Positions 51,801 through 58,911 of a stretch of DNA of 64,000 nt are shown here, one piece after another. Positions within the stretch are counted from its first letter, which is position 1. Every line of letters begins with the position of its first letter. A program made the translations under genes and the position numbers. The stretch is from IMG/VR virus record IMGVR_UViG_3300037149_000094, positions 4,944 to 68,943 of that record; one strand, given 5' to 3'. Below the pieces are notes generated by a model, which searched no databases, was not told the DNA's origin, and worked only from the letters and a program-made list of their open reading frames with translations. This DNA comes from a virus.

Positions 51801-54132
51801 TCAGCGCATCCAGTGCGCCCTGGGCGTTCGTCTTGTCCCGCGCCGCCTTTCGAATGTCGGCCGGACTGATCTCCTTGGCGTGGTAGTAGGTTCCGCTGAA
51901 GGGTCCTGCCCCCTTCACTTGCGTCCGTGCCAGATTCTCAACTCCGGCCGGCTTGAACTCGGATGCGGCAGGAACATGAACGTAGGGATGTTCGCCTTTC
52001 ACCACGGCATCTGTCCAGCGCTGCAATTCCTCTCGGCTCTGGCCCGGCGCGATCGGCTCGCCCATCATCCCGGCTTGCGCGTGGTCCTCCTGCCGGTTGG
52101 CCCGTTTCTGAATCTCCCGTTCGACAAGCCGCTTGCGCACCCCAGCCGTAACGGTTGCCGTTCTGCGGATCAGCGAGTCAAGCTGTTCCGCGGTCGCTTC
52201 CATTGGGGCCGCTGCCAGCACCACAGCAGCCTTCCGAGTTGCAGGCGTATCAGGGATTTCCACTGGCTGTTCGAGTCCTGTGGACTTCTCGGCTGGCTTC
52301 TTCTCTTCGGGTGCGATTGCCTGGTCACGTTCCTCCTGAGCTTGCTTGGCGTTATCCTGGCGCTCCTGGATGGCTTTCTGCTGCGTCTCTTGAGTTGCTT
52401 TGGCCTGTTCGGTCTGCCGGTCTACCTCATCGTTGATGATCTTCACGGCGGTCGTCTGAGCGGCCTTCTGGCTGTCTACGTTGACCACCTTGCCGTCGGG
52501 ACCGATGGCCGTCTTCTGTCCGAAGAGCCACTTGGCGAGGTTTCCAGTCGCTTCGAGGATGGCGTGAGGTCGGATTGCAGGAGGAAGAGCCTGGATGGCT
52601 GCACCGGCTTTGTTCACCGTGTCCTGCGTCAACATGCCGTCATTCATCCCGGTCGGCATCGGCATTTCCTTCGATCCTGGATCGCCGGGCTTCGGAGGCG
52701 GGGGAGGCGGCGGGGCTAGACCGACAATCTGCGCAGCCTGCTTATTGATGCTGGCCGCGCTGGACGCCACTTCGGTTATCGTCTGAGATTGGGCCTGCTG
52801 CTGAACCGTCACCGCATCTGGAGGCGCGGGCGGCGCAGGACGCGGAAGACCTACCGACGCGAACATGTTGCCAACCACTTGACGGGCTTGGTCTGGGCTC
52901 GTAATCGGGATGGTCTTGCCGTTGGCCGCGAGGATGCTCCCCTTCGCAAGCGCCTGTTGTGCCGTCTGCTCATGCGCCTGAGTTGCGAGGTCCGCGCGCA
53001 TCTCCTGCGGTGCCCCTTGGACAAGACCGGCGATCTGGCTAATGAGTCGAGGGGTGACTACTCCGGCCGGGTCGGCTGTTTGAAGGAAGAACTTGGGCGC
53101 TCCACCGCTGCCCGGTACCGGCGGCCTCGGCGCGCTTTGAACAGGACCTGCTGCTTCAGGCGGCTCTGGTCCCTCTCCGATGCCGGTTGTCGGACCCTTG
53201 TCACTGAAGTCCACATTCGGGTTGCCGCGTGCCCTCGCCCATCCGAACTTGAAGGGCCCCACTTGGCCAGCGACACCGACCGAATCAGGACTCGTCGCCG
53301 CGACTCCCTGTACCCTTCCTCCGAACGCTGATGCCCGCACCCGGTTTACGGTTCCCTGTTGCTCCTGCGTTAGCTCCAGCCCGATAGCAGTGTGGTAGGC
53401 CATCGGCGCGAAGAAGCCGGCCGCATTGGCGAACTCAACTTCATCAGGCGTCAGGTTCAATTTCTGAGCAATGGCTTTTGCGCCTGCTCCAGTTGCCAGA
53501 CCCTCTGCATAGCCAATCGCCATACGGATGGGAGCATTGGCGATTGCAACCCCCATCGGGAGTGACCCGGCTTGGGCTGCGCCGCCGATAGCTTCGGTCC
53601 CGCCGCGGGCCGCCTTGCTCCAGTCTCCAGCGCGCACGCCAGAGGCAGCAGTTCCAACCCCCTTGACTACATGCGAGATGCCATAAGGGATCGTGGAGAA
53701 TTGCGGATCCATCGACGTGATGGTCTGTTCAGTAGACGGATGAATCGCGGATTGAACCGCCGCAGTCTGTTGCTCTGCTGTCTCAGGTCCATGCACGTAC
53801 TGGCGTGTAGCATCGACGGCGCGCCTGATTCGTTCAGTCTCTGCGGTTGCAGGCGGTGCGGAGGCACCCATCAGCACATCCATGGTGCTGGCCTTCTCTA
53901 CTGGCTGCTGCCATGGTTTCTGTCCTGCGGCCTGTTCTGGGGTTTGCATCCCTGGAACTGCGCCTGGGACATTGCTCATATCATTGGCGTAGGGATTGAC
54001 AGGACCCTGCTGCTGCGGAGCGCCTTCAATCTCAACATCGGAAGAGGAAAGTGAAGGTGTCTGGCCGCCACCGGAGGATGGAGGCGCGATTTCTACATCT
54101 GCCGAGGACAGATTGACCGTCGAAGTGCCCAT
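42817..54132 (-). CDS. Giant DarB-like internal virion (ejection) protein: N6-adenine methyltransferase plus strawberry-notch-type SF2 helicase
   Basis: EPTAGNG and NPPF MTase motifs; DQTGVGKG, LDESH, SATWAK, QILGRVNRTGQ helicase motifs; follows two ejection-like genes. Confidence 0.85.
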   Translation of the reverse strand: MGTSTVNLSSADVEIAPPSSGGGQTPSLSSSDVEIEGAPQQQGPVNPYANDMSNVPGAVPGMQTPEQAAGQKPWQQPVEKASTMDVLMGASAPPATAETERIRRAVDATRQYVHGPETAEQQTAAVQSAIHPSTEQTITSMDPQFSTIPYGISHVVKGVGTAASGVRAGDWSKAARGGTEAIGGAAQAGSLPMGVAIANAPIRMAIGYAEGLATGAGAKAIAQKLNLTPDEVEFANAAGFFAPMAYHTAIGLELTQEQQGTVNRVRASAFGGRVQGVAATSPDSVGVAGQVGPFKFGWARARGNPNVDFSDKGPTTGIGEGPEPPEAAGPVQSAPRPPVPGSGGAPKFFLQTADPAGVVTPRLISQIAGLVQGAPQEMRADLATQAHEQTAQQALAKGSILAANGKTIPITSPDQARQVVGNMFASVGLPRPAPPAPPDAVTVQQQAQSQTITEVASSAASINKQAAQIVGLAPPPPPPPKPGDPGSKEMPMPTGMNDGMLTQDTVNKAGAAIQALPPAIRPHAILEATGNLAKWLFGQKTAIGPDGKVVNVDSQKAAQTTAVKIINDEVDRQTEQAKATQETQQKAIQERQDNAKQAQEERDQAIAPEEKKPAEKSTGLEQPVEIPDTPATRKAAVVLAAAPMEATAEQLDSLIRRTATVTAGVRKRLVEREIQKRANRQEDHAQAGMMGEPIAPGQSREELQRWTDAVVKGEHPYVHVPAASEFKPAGVENLARTQVKGAGPFSGTYYHAKEISPADIRKAARDKTNAQGALDALTAKWKGESPAAEQKPVELKAEDVETEAGTAGSKEPQEGEGITSAPGAQPVSSPSSEEPKRNISGSESPITKSAPEVALSEPVKLPPEAATGLTVLVDDHASTDPTATLDDVLRHKDTGNFIAQALVNDGIITNSADNVNPKTGLLTTSAKAKVGDALLAELLPPAVIEQTPKFLKQKLLGTMGAIKAIQSAGEGWNLQDQIVAATERYGQIFRGQDTYEQGPVIEAILKKLDEPIDKVRAAFSSFAVAATNHDPSDKPFFDFNLAFGTELTPEQYAAGLKPAEKPIKPEPVRVSQHTSEMALMRADSTPMLDIHREPTGWLKVEHDNGTVLVHPYENEMVYFNGEDRRSGADALRAKAEAQAYAIDNPVEPKPAGPAGELIIKPIFKREEAKPLAKGDKVTYRTNKGKERTGEVAWTDGKKVRITDNGSTVNKNIEDVKHVGQPSAVVDAARASESQPSHTESSAPEVAADATLVDALQLKFEHGAGPKNYNDLKKIVTEFDGEEPDQIRMKESQEAYEAMLNRVASEIVNKNSGGAHEVFDRLTRLYEGQPNLSIRTSTSIANQAYSTPLPLAFIADKFAGITWNTTTVYEPTAGNGALLIAANPKMTQANELNPARADTLRDEGFPVTQNDATVWGPAMRFDAVVANPPFGPLAGPVKVDGYNVVKLDHLIIAKALGAMKDAGKAAIIIAAGDREKPGEITNQVRPFFNWLYAHYNVVSDFELEGDLYSRQGASFPVRMIAIDGRVRSAKVSPDAAAIPRLKTWREVYDKAAEHLGTNLAGQRPADNVAGGPVRDESADTGAVSRTATGRNRPTDSGEPEAGEARTGSDGGTEPQPGPIAHSGRVASPRVGSPDSTVRPDGDVARSDRLAEGQPASRTVRRGTAEPDGHSANALADESNQFQASYHPHSSKQDVAVMAPKALIDPMQTAMDRIADEVGDIDQWVTDQLGYPDMETMHEAFMGIQTDAIAAAIYQMQRGKALINADQTGVGKGRVAAAMIRWAELHGHVPIFVTESAPLFSPMYADLQDIGSGQTISPLLFNADASITDPKTGTKIFQNPGAMRPVLDRIRETGELPKGRNAVFLTYSQINTDNRQQLTLHRIAPNAIFILDESHNAGGDSNTGNFLSELLTGSKGVVFLSATWAKRPDNLPLYAGMTDISTAIPDRALVADAITAGGAPLQAVLTSLLAETGQFVRRERSFDGIDIKNVVDEKNEAEHTRISDKVTEVLRGIVKADALFHNLDFARIQKEAKRKGGGAQSKGVVVQHMEFSSIVHNLVKQLLLALKADTAANEIIASIERGEKPVFALENTMGAFLDSYIQGHNLSEGDSLAGLDYSRISDRALMRTRYYNEIDEQGNKNRVEVPLDDLSPQVREAYDETQALIDALQVDLPVSPIDYIRNKVEKAGYKIAEITGRNWRIDYSGDVPKLATVPGIERKDRVNTATQFNNGGLDALIINRAGSTGISLHAGEKFRDQRPRHMIVGQPAGDVNIVMQILGRVNRTGQMVLPKYTMLAAALPAEQRPAINLAKKMKSLNANVSSNTRAATSVKAVDLMNKYGDKIVAQYLWDNPEMARLLGLKADTNEKGEPTGNEGLAMKATGHSALLPVSQQQEFMDSISEAYTNYIDFLDETGQNDLEPRTYDFAARETHIERMYQGVDPTSPFGQDAHYGEYSIKRQGKPFTPEEVMEKIADTFGPAAMQLPPRERDTRAARDLAAHFEELYKPYLAGLTTEGAVERAQQMRTRGRQLLSDYRVSTGVRIELNGEQYNGVITNIEGAKKPSGNPYAPSALQLTIAVNSGLRQTKVPGSQMDALVTSNLGRNADVRQLFKDYGSDRQKAKIITGNLLGAYGELKTGAKGRIISFTMDDGTTKLGILMPSKFDIKSDVNGTYAMRTPEGALSFLETGDAYLQSSGQEIGVVGPSNRREGYEIRTKTSKSAAGKFFLDPKLLDTVQGGEFASSNGLMKATIKEGRELDALKAIMGKISLYANPEHIEEARKHDEKAKEELDKPKVPKRAKGSVTMSFLGMGALDPLATKLLQPVVDYVNGAIKTTLVDDIAKPLSKTVAGAGYEIAATFFPTILANTKALNAMDRATGTVAWEMYKATNALEELGKLFDKMQQKDWVEFVDRIQNPKNPNYGKQETETLQQAQELITALLDAAMDGAETAVNLGRTAANRITFPRKADYFPNRWDRNHRPKKEGAEPDDKEKEIDQVASIWNNASIGKRPLAPRNFLKKQSWTLREGIEHGGRPIGNPVVMALRSLEEKVKFATAHEMKYQAQQAGLLKFRRRGTPMPPNFERIPDPLMKVWRLVDTAEGGMIPVETGEWVMAKDAARLLNNYLSTDVIRSSSLGTVAMNIKTSSTMAKFGFGIFHYFTIPFWATVTGFQTAGELLWNQGVRGLDIAKALEGTLEVPKTLTGLAADVVNTFMASLERVPKLIGKPQANLPQVPYGTIYRGGKMLQYAKDLDSYLLTNEGTLLNEANSDFAHMQYLLFVGGLRWGMNDDFRLDGPSGFLAQLKDHHVGKAIWAATKGTLRMIAHPLMLHYIPRMKWVVASHLLAMKLNQYSEALAAGTITEETLARQVVTTIEDRFGEVNYARQYLNNTVKSAIQLAFLAPGWKGGTWDTMVGAMVEAGLSASEAFDMARWATEKITGQPISGKTTTSNRFDDRMRDRFGGGGKGPGGAGGGKGGSGGGNGGSGGNGGGGNGSSGKGFGEFSSRLPQIGMRAGAVLSTLITAALLSVIITKLLTGKWPWEFIEEDKKKLGLNDAQAAALELAHSRVGGDDLRGNPLRLTFPTDLRDIEHIFLDPKGYAKGAIAVPWRSGAETLMNRNWRDNYVINPADDLKTKLWQGVSYNLVNDYEPISVDQFSQNPSSDAGLGKKLLSATGLLHGVAASENRSAAVNLELSMRPHRPLTPEQEYAYEHHTKDSTRTAARTKNLDELERIFKTLSYTDAKAVYDDPKTTAAERTELKPFLDKKRTDTINSARRK
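49113..49493 (-). CDS. Putative nested (overprinted) 126-aa protein in an alternative frame of the giant gene
   Basis: SD GGAG, ATG, protein-like amphipathic composition; coincides with a low-complexity linker. Confidence 0.55.
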   Translation of the reverse strand: MTKPLNIWAPILQGNDRPTMSLAVPCGTKAPTPEQYPELLQDAIDRLIQENPKRARRELEAMGGPSPSPDLSHIAVGSPVQEWAPQIAQLDRMAMLLGQIDWQKDNPPRELSDEELPSLMDILQML

Positions 54133-54135
54133 AAG

Positions 54136-55608
54136 CTATTGTGCTCCAACAATCAATTTCCCCGTCTGTGGATTTAGACCTTTGACCACTGCAGGCTTGC
54201 CGTTGACCATGACGGTCTGGCCCGGCGTGAAGGTCTGTCCTTTGTATTGGAAGGCGCCGGCTGTCTGCTGCGGTCCCCCTTGCGTCCGTGGAGCGGCCTG
54301 TTGAGGTTGTGTCGCAGAACTCGCCACCTTCTGACCGCCTCTGCTCCAAGTGAAATCAGGATTCACCGTCATGTGTCCTGGGCCGCTTGGGTCGACGCCG
54401 ATTTTCTGCTCAAACGTGTCCTGTATTGACTGCATTTGAGCCGCGCCGTCTTTCGGCGACAAGATTCCGGATGCCATCTGGTTCTGTGCTGCGGTCATGT
54501 CCCGCTGCTTGGCTTGTAGGATCACGTCCTTCTGGGCCTGGGTCATGCCGCCCTGGCTCTTCGGCGCAACAGGACTCCCATCGGGGTTCTCGCGGATATT
54601 GATTGTGGTCCTGCTGCTCGGAGTGACTTTCCCTCCGCTGGCGACAATGGCACGTTGTTCTGGCGTGAGCTTCACTCCAGAAGCTTCGAGTGCCTTGAGC
54701 GTCATCACTCCCTTTTGAGCCTGGGCATTTGCCACGTTCTGCGGCTGCTTCTCCCAATTCGCTATCCATTTATCGGGCGGGGGGACGCCTTTGATGGTCC
54801 TGCCGTCGGCCGTCGTCCCGGTACCTCCAGCATAGGGGTTTGTCTGATCATCAGGAGTAAAGGCCGTAATCGCATTTCGTCGCGCTGCTGCCTGAGCTGC
54901 AAAGGTTCCCGCGCGCGCCGCGTCCTGTTGGGCCAAAATTTGGTTCCGATAGTTCTGCTCGCCGATTCTGCCTTGCTGTTCGGCAGTGGCATTCGTCCGT
55001 TGAATCGCTTGGTCTTGCGCCTGATCGTTTGTTAGTTGTTGTACGAGTGGCCTTTCAGCACGCGCATTGCGCGCCGCCGCATTCTGCGCAGGCGTGTTCA
55101 AAACTTCGTCGACTACCTTCATACCTTCTGCTGGGTTATGACTGCCAAAGGCCACAGCTCCTCCAGCAAGCGAACCGCCGATGCGCCTCCAGATGCTTGG
55201 CTTTGTATTCTCTTTAGCTTCTCGCGCGTATTGGTCTTTGAGAGCCTGCAAATCTACTGAGTGATCGGCAAACGGGGAAAGTGAGATCGAAGCAGGAGGA
55301 GCGATCGGCTTATAAGACTCCTCTTCGCCATCAACAGATGTGTCTGGTACTGTGTACTGATGCGCTCCATCTTCGCTGCCAATTTCAACGCCGGATAGAT
55401 CTTGATGTTCTTCTTCGGGCTGCTCGGTCGATTGTCCGTAAATTGCCGAATCGTCCGCGGGGATAATTTCAGGCACACTTTGTTGACCGCTTGGCTCGAC
55501 AGGACTCGGAGTTTCCGTTTCCGAATCTGGGCCAACCGGACCGCCAGAGAAGTCAGGAGCTGCACTTTGGGCAGTATCATCATCATCGTCTTGGCTGAAA
55601 AGTGCCAT
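54136..55608 (-). CDS. Ejection/DNA-transfer protein (probable)
   Basis: Acidic N-terminus, Q/A-rich helices, position before the giant protein. Confidence 0.55.
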   Translation of the reverse strand: MALFSQDDDDDTAQSAAPDFSGGPVGPDSETETPSPVEPSGQQSVPEIIPADDSAIYGQSTEQPEEEHQDLSGVEIGSEDGAHQYTVPDTSVDGEEESYKPIAPPASISLSPFADHSVDLQALKDQYAREAKENTKPSIWRRIGGSLAGGAVAFGSHNPAEGMKVVDEVLNTPAQNAAARNARAERPLVQQLTNDQAQDQAIQRTNATAEQQGRIGEQNYRNQILAQQDAARAGTFAAQAAARRNAITAFTPDDQTNPYAGGTGTTADGRTIKGVPPPDKWIANWEKQPQNVANAQAQKGVMTLKALEASGVKLTPEQRAIVASGGKVTPSSRTTINIRENPDGSPVAPKSQGGMTQAQKDVILQAKQRDMTAAQNQMASGILSPKDGAAQMQSIQDTFEQKIGVDPSGPGHMTVNPDFTWSRGGQKVASSATQPQQAAPRTQGGPQQTAGAFQYKGQTFTPGQTVMVNGKPAVVKGLNPQTGKLIVGAQ

Positions 55609-55621
55609 CGTTCATGCGCTC

Positions 55622-56248
55622 CTAATCATCATCATCATCATCATCGCCACTACTACCACTACTATCACTACCAGCACTTTTTAGCATTCCCCCCGCTACC
55701 GTCCCTACTGCTCCTATTCCTGCGTCGATCATTCCATTGGTCGCCGCCTCTTGCGCATCCGCACCCTGCTGCGCAGTGGACAAAGTGCTGTTCTGACCGC
55801 CGAGAGATGTGCTGTAGAGTCCCGCCTCTTCCGATGCTCCCTGGGCCTGATCGCCAAGCAGTTTGTCCTGCTGATTGAGCCAAGTGTTCTCGTTGGACGT
55901 GTTGCGTCCTGCGTTGTATTGGGTCAGGTCACGCTGGCCGGCGCGGGCATTCTCGGCCACATCGCTGGCGAGGGCCGCGCTGTTGGTTCCTGTGCGGGCG
56001 ACTGTGCCCTGCTCCTGCTGCTGCGCCGCAGCGTTCGCGGAGTTCATGGCACCGGAGGTATCGAGATTTTGCTGTGTCAGGTAGTCTTTTGACTCGAAGG
56101 GATTGCCGGCAGACAGAGCGCTATTGACGTTGCTCAGATAGTTGCCAATGTCGCCCGATGCCGCGCCATAGGAACTGGCTGCATTGGCAGCGTCCGTTGT
56201 GGCCGCGCTGTTCGCTACCTTTGCCTGATCTCCCGCTGCTGAACTCAT
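55622..56248 (-). CDS. Small ejection/pilot protein (P22 gp7-like position)
   Basis: A/G/Q/N-rich, C-terminal GxxxG hydrophobic patch, poly-Asp tail. Confidence 0.55.
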   Translation of the reverse strand: MSSAAGDQAKVANSAATTDAANAASSYGAASGDIGNYLSNVNSALSAGNPFESKDYLTQQNLDTSGAMNSANAAAQQQEQGTVARTGTNSAALASDVAENARAGQRDLTQYNAGRNTSNENTWLNQQDKLLGDQAQGASEEAGLYSTSLGGQNSTLSTAQQGADAQEAATNGMIDAGIGAVGTVAGGMLKSAGSDSSGSSGDDDDDDD

Positions 56249-56264
56249 TGGCGCTCCCGTCCGA

Positions 56265-56278
56265 GGGAAAGAGTAGCA
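56265..56278 (-). promoter_or_regulatory. Late promoter motif TGCTACTCTTTCCC
   Basis: Exact motif copy upstream of the ejection genes. Confidence 0.7.
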
Positions 56279-56283
56279 CGGTG

Positions 56284-56727
56284 TTAGAGATGGCGGGTCC
56301 ACCGCGAAAAGGTATCATCTCCGCACTTGAAGCCGAGCTTTTCGAGGATGGGCCTCATGCGTTCCCGCAGACTGAGATTCGTTTTGATGATAGCCTCTCT
56401 GAAGCCGATTCCTCGCAGCCAAGCGTAGAGGTCTGCTTCGAGTCCTGCCGTCTCCTCGAAACCCGATTCAGTACAAGCGATCTTACTGATCTCCACGACC
56501 GACTGGACATAGAGAGCGTCGACAATCTTCCCGCGCTCATTCTCGGCCACCAGCGTGAGCAGTACGGGAGGACTGAAGAGCCCAATCCGGCTTTGCCTCT
56601 GGTGCAGGAATCGCTCAGAGATGTTGCGCAGGCGGCGGATAGAAGGCATATCGTCTGGGACGGCCAACCTCCACGTCAGCCGTCCCGTCTTCTTCGAGTA
56701 GCCTTTCCAGAACTCAGCAGGACTCAC
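56284..56727 (-). CDS. GNAT-fold protein (T7 gp13-like position)
   Basis: WRLA..DD...I, LVAE...G.IV, LEKLGF motifs; lies between tail and ejection genes. Confidence 0.55.
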   Translation of the reverse strand: MSPAEFWKGYSKKTGRLTWRLAVPDDMPSIRRLRNISERFLHQRQSRIGLFSPPVLLTLVAENERGKIVDALYVQSVVEISKIACTESGFEETAGLEADLYAWLRGIGFREAIIKTNLSLRERMRPILEKLGFKCGDDTFSRWTRHL

Positions 56728-58688
56728 AGAATTGACCCTTTGATCTTCACCCATCCACCTGAAGTGTAAACGTAGAGGGTACTCGCGCCTCCGTCGACCA
56801 GTTGCTCACCGATATATCCCGGTGTGCTCGGATCTCCAGAGGTTGTGCCAACCGAGGTTGCAGTCACAGAAACGGACGCTGTGCTGTAAGACCCGGGAAC
56901 CGCAGTGCTGGTTGCTGTGATCGTGTGCAGTCCAGCCGACACAGGAGGCGTGTAAACACCGCCTGATGTGATGTTCCCGACCGCATCATTTCCGCCGACT
57001 ACCCCATCTACAGACCAGGTGACCGTCGTCGTCAAGTTTCCGGTTACGGTCGCCACAAAGGTGACGGTCTGGTTGATGTTCATGATGATGTTGTTGGGCG
57101 TGATCGAAACGACCGTCCCGGCCGCTGGCGGAGCCACTGCAGGCGTGAAGGTCCATGCGAAAGCGAACCAGTTCACATCCCCGCTCCAATTATTGCCAGA
57201 TCCATCGACGTAGCTCAATTGCGCTGTCGTGCCGGCAATGTCACAGTTGGAGACGGCGTGCATCACATTGTCTCCTGAACCGGAGAAACTGGCCGGCGTG
57301 GCGATTGACAACATCTGCAATTGTGTATACCGGGATGGCAGACCAAAAGAGCTTCCGGCCGGAACGGCGCCAGCGCCGAAAGCTACCTGATTCCCTTTGC
57401 CGAGATTGAGCAGCACCCACTTACCGCCCTGCACGGTCGCCGTGGCGCGCCCAGGCATCCACGCGACAGCCATCCAGTCAACCGACCCAGGCCATACGTC
57501 GCTTCCGCTTCCTGTATCCGCATAGGTCGCTTCGATAGTCAGTCCCGACAGTCCGCACTGATTTACTCCGTGAGCCCCGCGCCCAGTTCCCGCACCTCCA
57601 TGAATTGAGCAGATGGCCAGCATGTTCGCTGCGCTGATCCACGGAACCGCCCCTGGCGTAAATATCGTGTCTCCGTTTGCTCCTGATCCTTGTCCTATGG
57701 CGAACTTGGACCCACCGGGAAGGGTGATGACTGTCCACTCCGAGTTGCCGTCAGGACTCACATATGTGGCGAGTGCTCCCGATATTCCAGCCGCCGAGGG
57801 CGTGAACGCGATGGCAAAGAAGTTCGCATTTCCGCTGTAGGTGCTTTGCGGATTATTGCGATCACCGTATTTCATGTCGATCACAGGAGGGAAATCGGGG
57901 ATGCCGACCGTCCCGCTGTTGGCAGCAGGAACAATGACAGCGCAGGCTGCAATATCCGTTATCTGAGGAGGAATTGCGTTGAATCCGTTGGGTCCTGCCA
58001 ATGCAACCATTGACGATGAATAGAGGCCCTGCGGGACTCCAAATGTGGCACCGTCGCCGGCGAATCCATCTCCCACCCCGATGAGCACTCCACCAGGCAA
58101 ACTGAAGAGTGCCCAAACGGAATTTGACTCTGTCTCGACTGTGACAGTTTCTACCAGAGAGGTTTGGCCGGCGTTGGCATCTTTCCATGTGTTCCAGTTC
58201 ACTCCATCGTAGCTTGACCTGAACTGCACGTACCAGGTTCCTGTTCCGAGTCCTGTCAGCGTCCAGTACGTTTGCGTCTGCCCGGTGTCGCCGCCGAAGG
58301 TTTGCGTGTTCGAATTCACGTTGAAAGCACGGCTTGTGGACACTCGGATCTGGTGATAAATCGGCGTGACGGGCTGCACTGAGGTCTGAGCCGTTGCGTT
58401 CTGCGCGCTCTGTGCCGCTTGCAACTGGCTTATTGCCGACTTCCCTCCAGGGTTGACAAGCTGAACGATGTAGGATCCGTTAAGGAGGCTCACAGATCCA
58501 GTCGCTTGGGCCGGGCGCGCCGCCGCTGAATTCGGCTGTCCAGCAGTTGTTCCAGAAATCGCAGTTGTCGAGGTCGCAGTTTGAGTCTGCGTAGACACTT
58601 GGCTCAGAGAATCAAGAACCTCGCGCAAGTCTGGATTGCCTTGGCTGGCTGCAATTGTCTTCTGCTGCGAGATTGTTGGTGCGGGCAC
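56724..58688 (-). CDS. Tail protein with repeated beta modules and an Ig-like domain
   Basis: Three LPGG..(A/G)(I/F/V)G.G....F.LP...W.A.AW repeats; VSITP...VTF.ATVTG..VTWSV Ig domain. Confidence 0.7.
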   Translation of the reverse strand: MPAPTISQQKTIAASQGNPDLREVLDSLSQVSTQTQTATSTTAISGTTAGQPNSAAARPAQATGSVSLLNGSYIVQLVNPGGKSAISQLQAAQSAQNATAQTSVQPVTPIYHQIRVSTSRAFNVNSNTQTFGGDTGQTQTYWTLTGLGTGTWYVQFRSSYDGVNWNTWKDANAGQTSLVETVTVETESNSVWALFSLPGGVLIGVGDGFAGDGATFGVPQGLYSSSMVALAGPNGFNAIPPQITDIAACAVIVPAANSGTVGIPDFPPVIDMKYGDRNNPQSTYSGNANFFAIAFTPSAAGISGALATYVSPDGNSEWTVITLPGGSKFAIGQGSGANGDTIFTPGAVPWISAANMLAICSIHGGAGTGRGAHGVNQCGLSGLTIEATYADTGSGSDVWPGSVDWMAVAWMPGRATATVQGGKWVLLNLGKGNQVAFGAGAVPAGSSFGLPSRYTQLQMLSIATPASFSGSGDNVMHAVSNCDIAGTTAQLSYVDGSGNNWSGDVNWFAFAWTFTPAVAPPAAGTVVSITPNNIIMNINQTVTFVATVTGNLTTTVTWSVDGVVGGNDAVGNITSGGVYTPPVSAGLHTITATSTAVPGSYSTASVSVTATSVGTTSGDPSTPGYIGEQLVDGGASTLYVYTSGGWVKIKGSIL

Positions 58689-58703
58689 TCGTGATCCTTT
58701 CTC

Positions 58704-58805
58704 TTAGTTGAACTTTCCAATTGTGATCGTTGCTCCGCTGATCGATATTGAGCATGGATTGCTAGGCGTTGAAATGGTATAAGTCGCCGATCCAAGTCCT
58801 GTCGC
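58704..58805 (-). pseudogene. Orphan C-terminal fragment of a paralogous tail protein
   Basis: Startless frame ATGLGSATYTISTPSNPCSISISGATITIGKFN* resembles the C-terminus of 58912..60873. Confidence 0.55.
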
Positions 58806-58911
58806 CTATCAGGTGTCACTCTACGCTCCTCGTTTTGTCTCATCCCGACACCCCCTAATGCGCTACTCGCGGGCTTGCCTATTACTGGAACCTAGTCGGG
58901 CACTCCTCTAC

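Noticed and set aside
55626..55646. (TCA)n microsatellite
   Set aside because: Simply encodes the poly-Asp tail of the small ejection protein.
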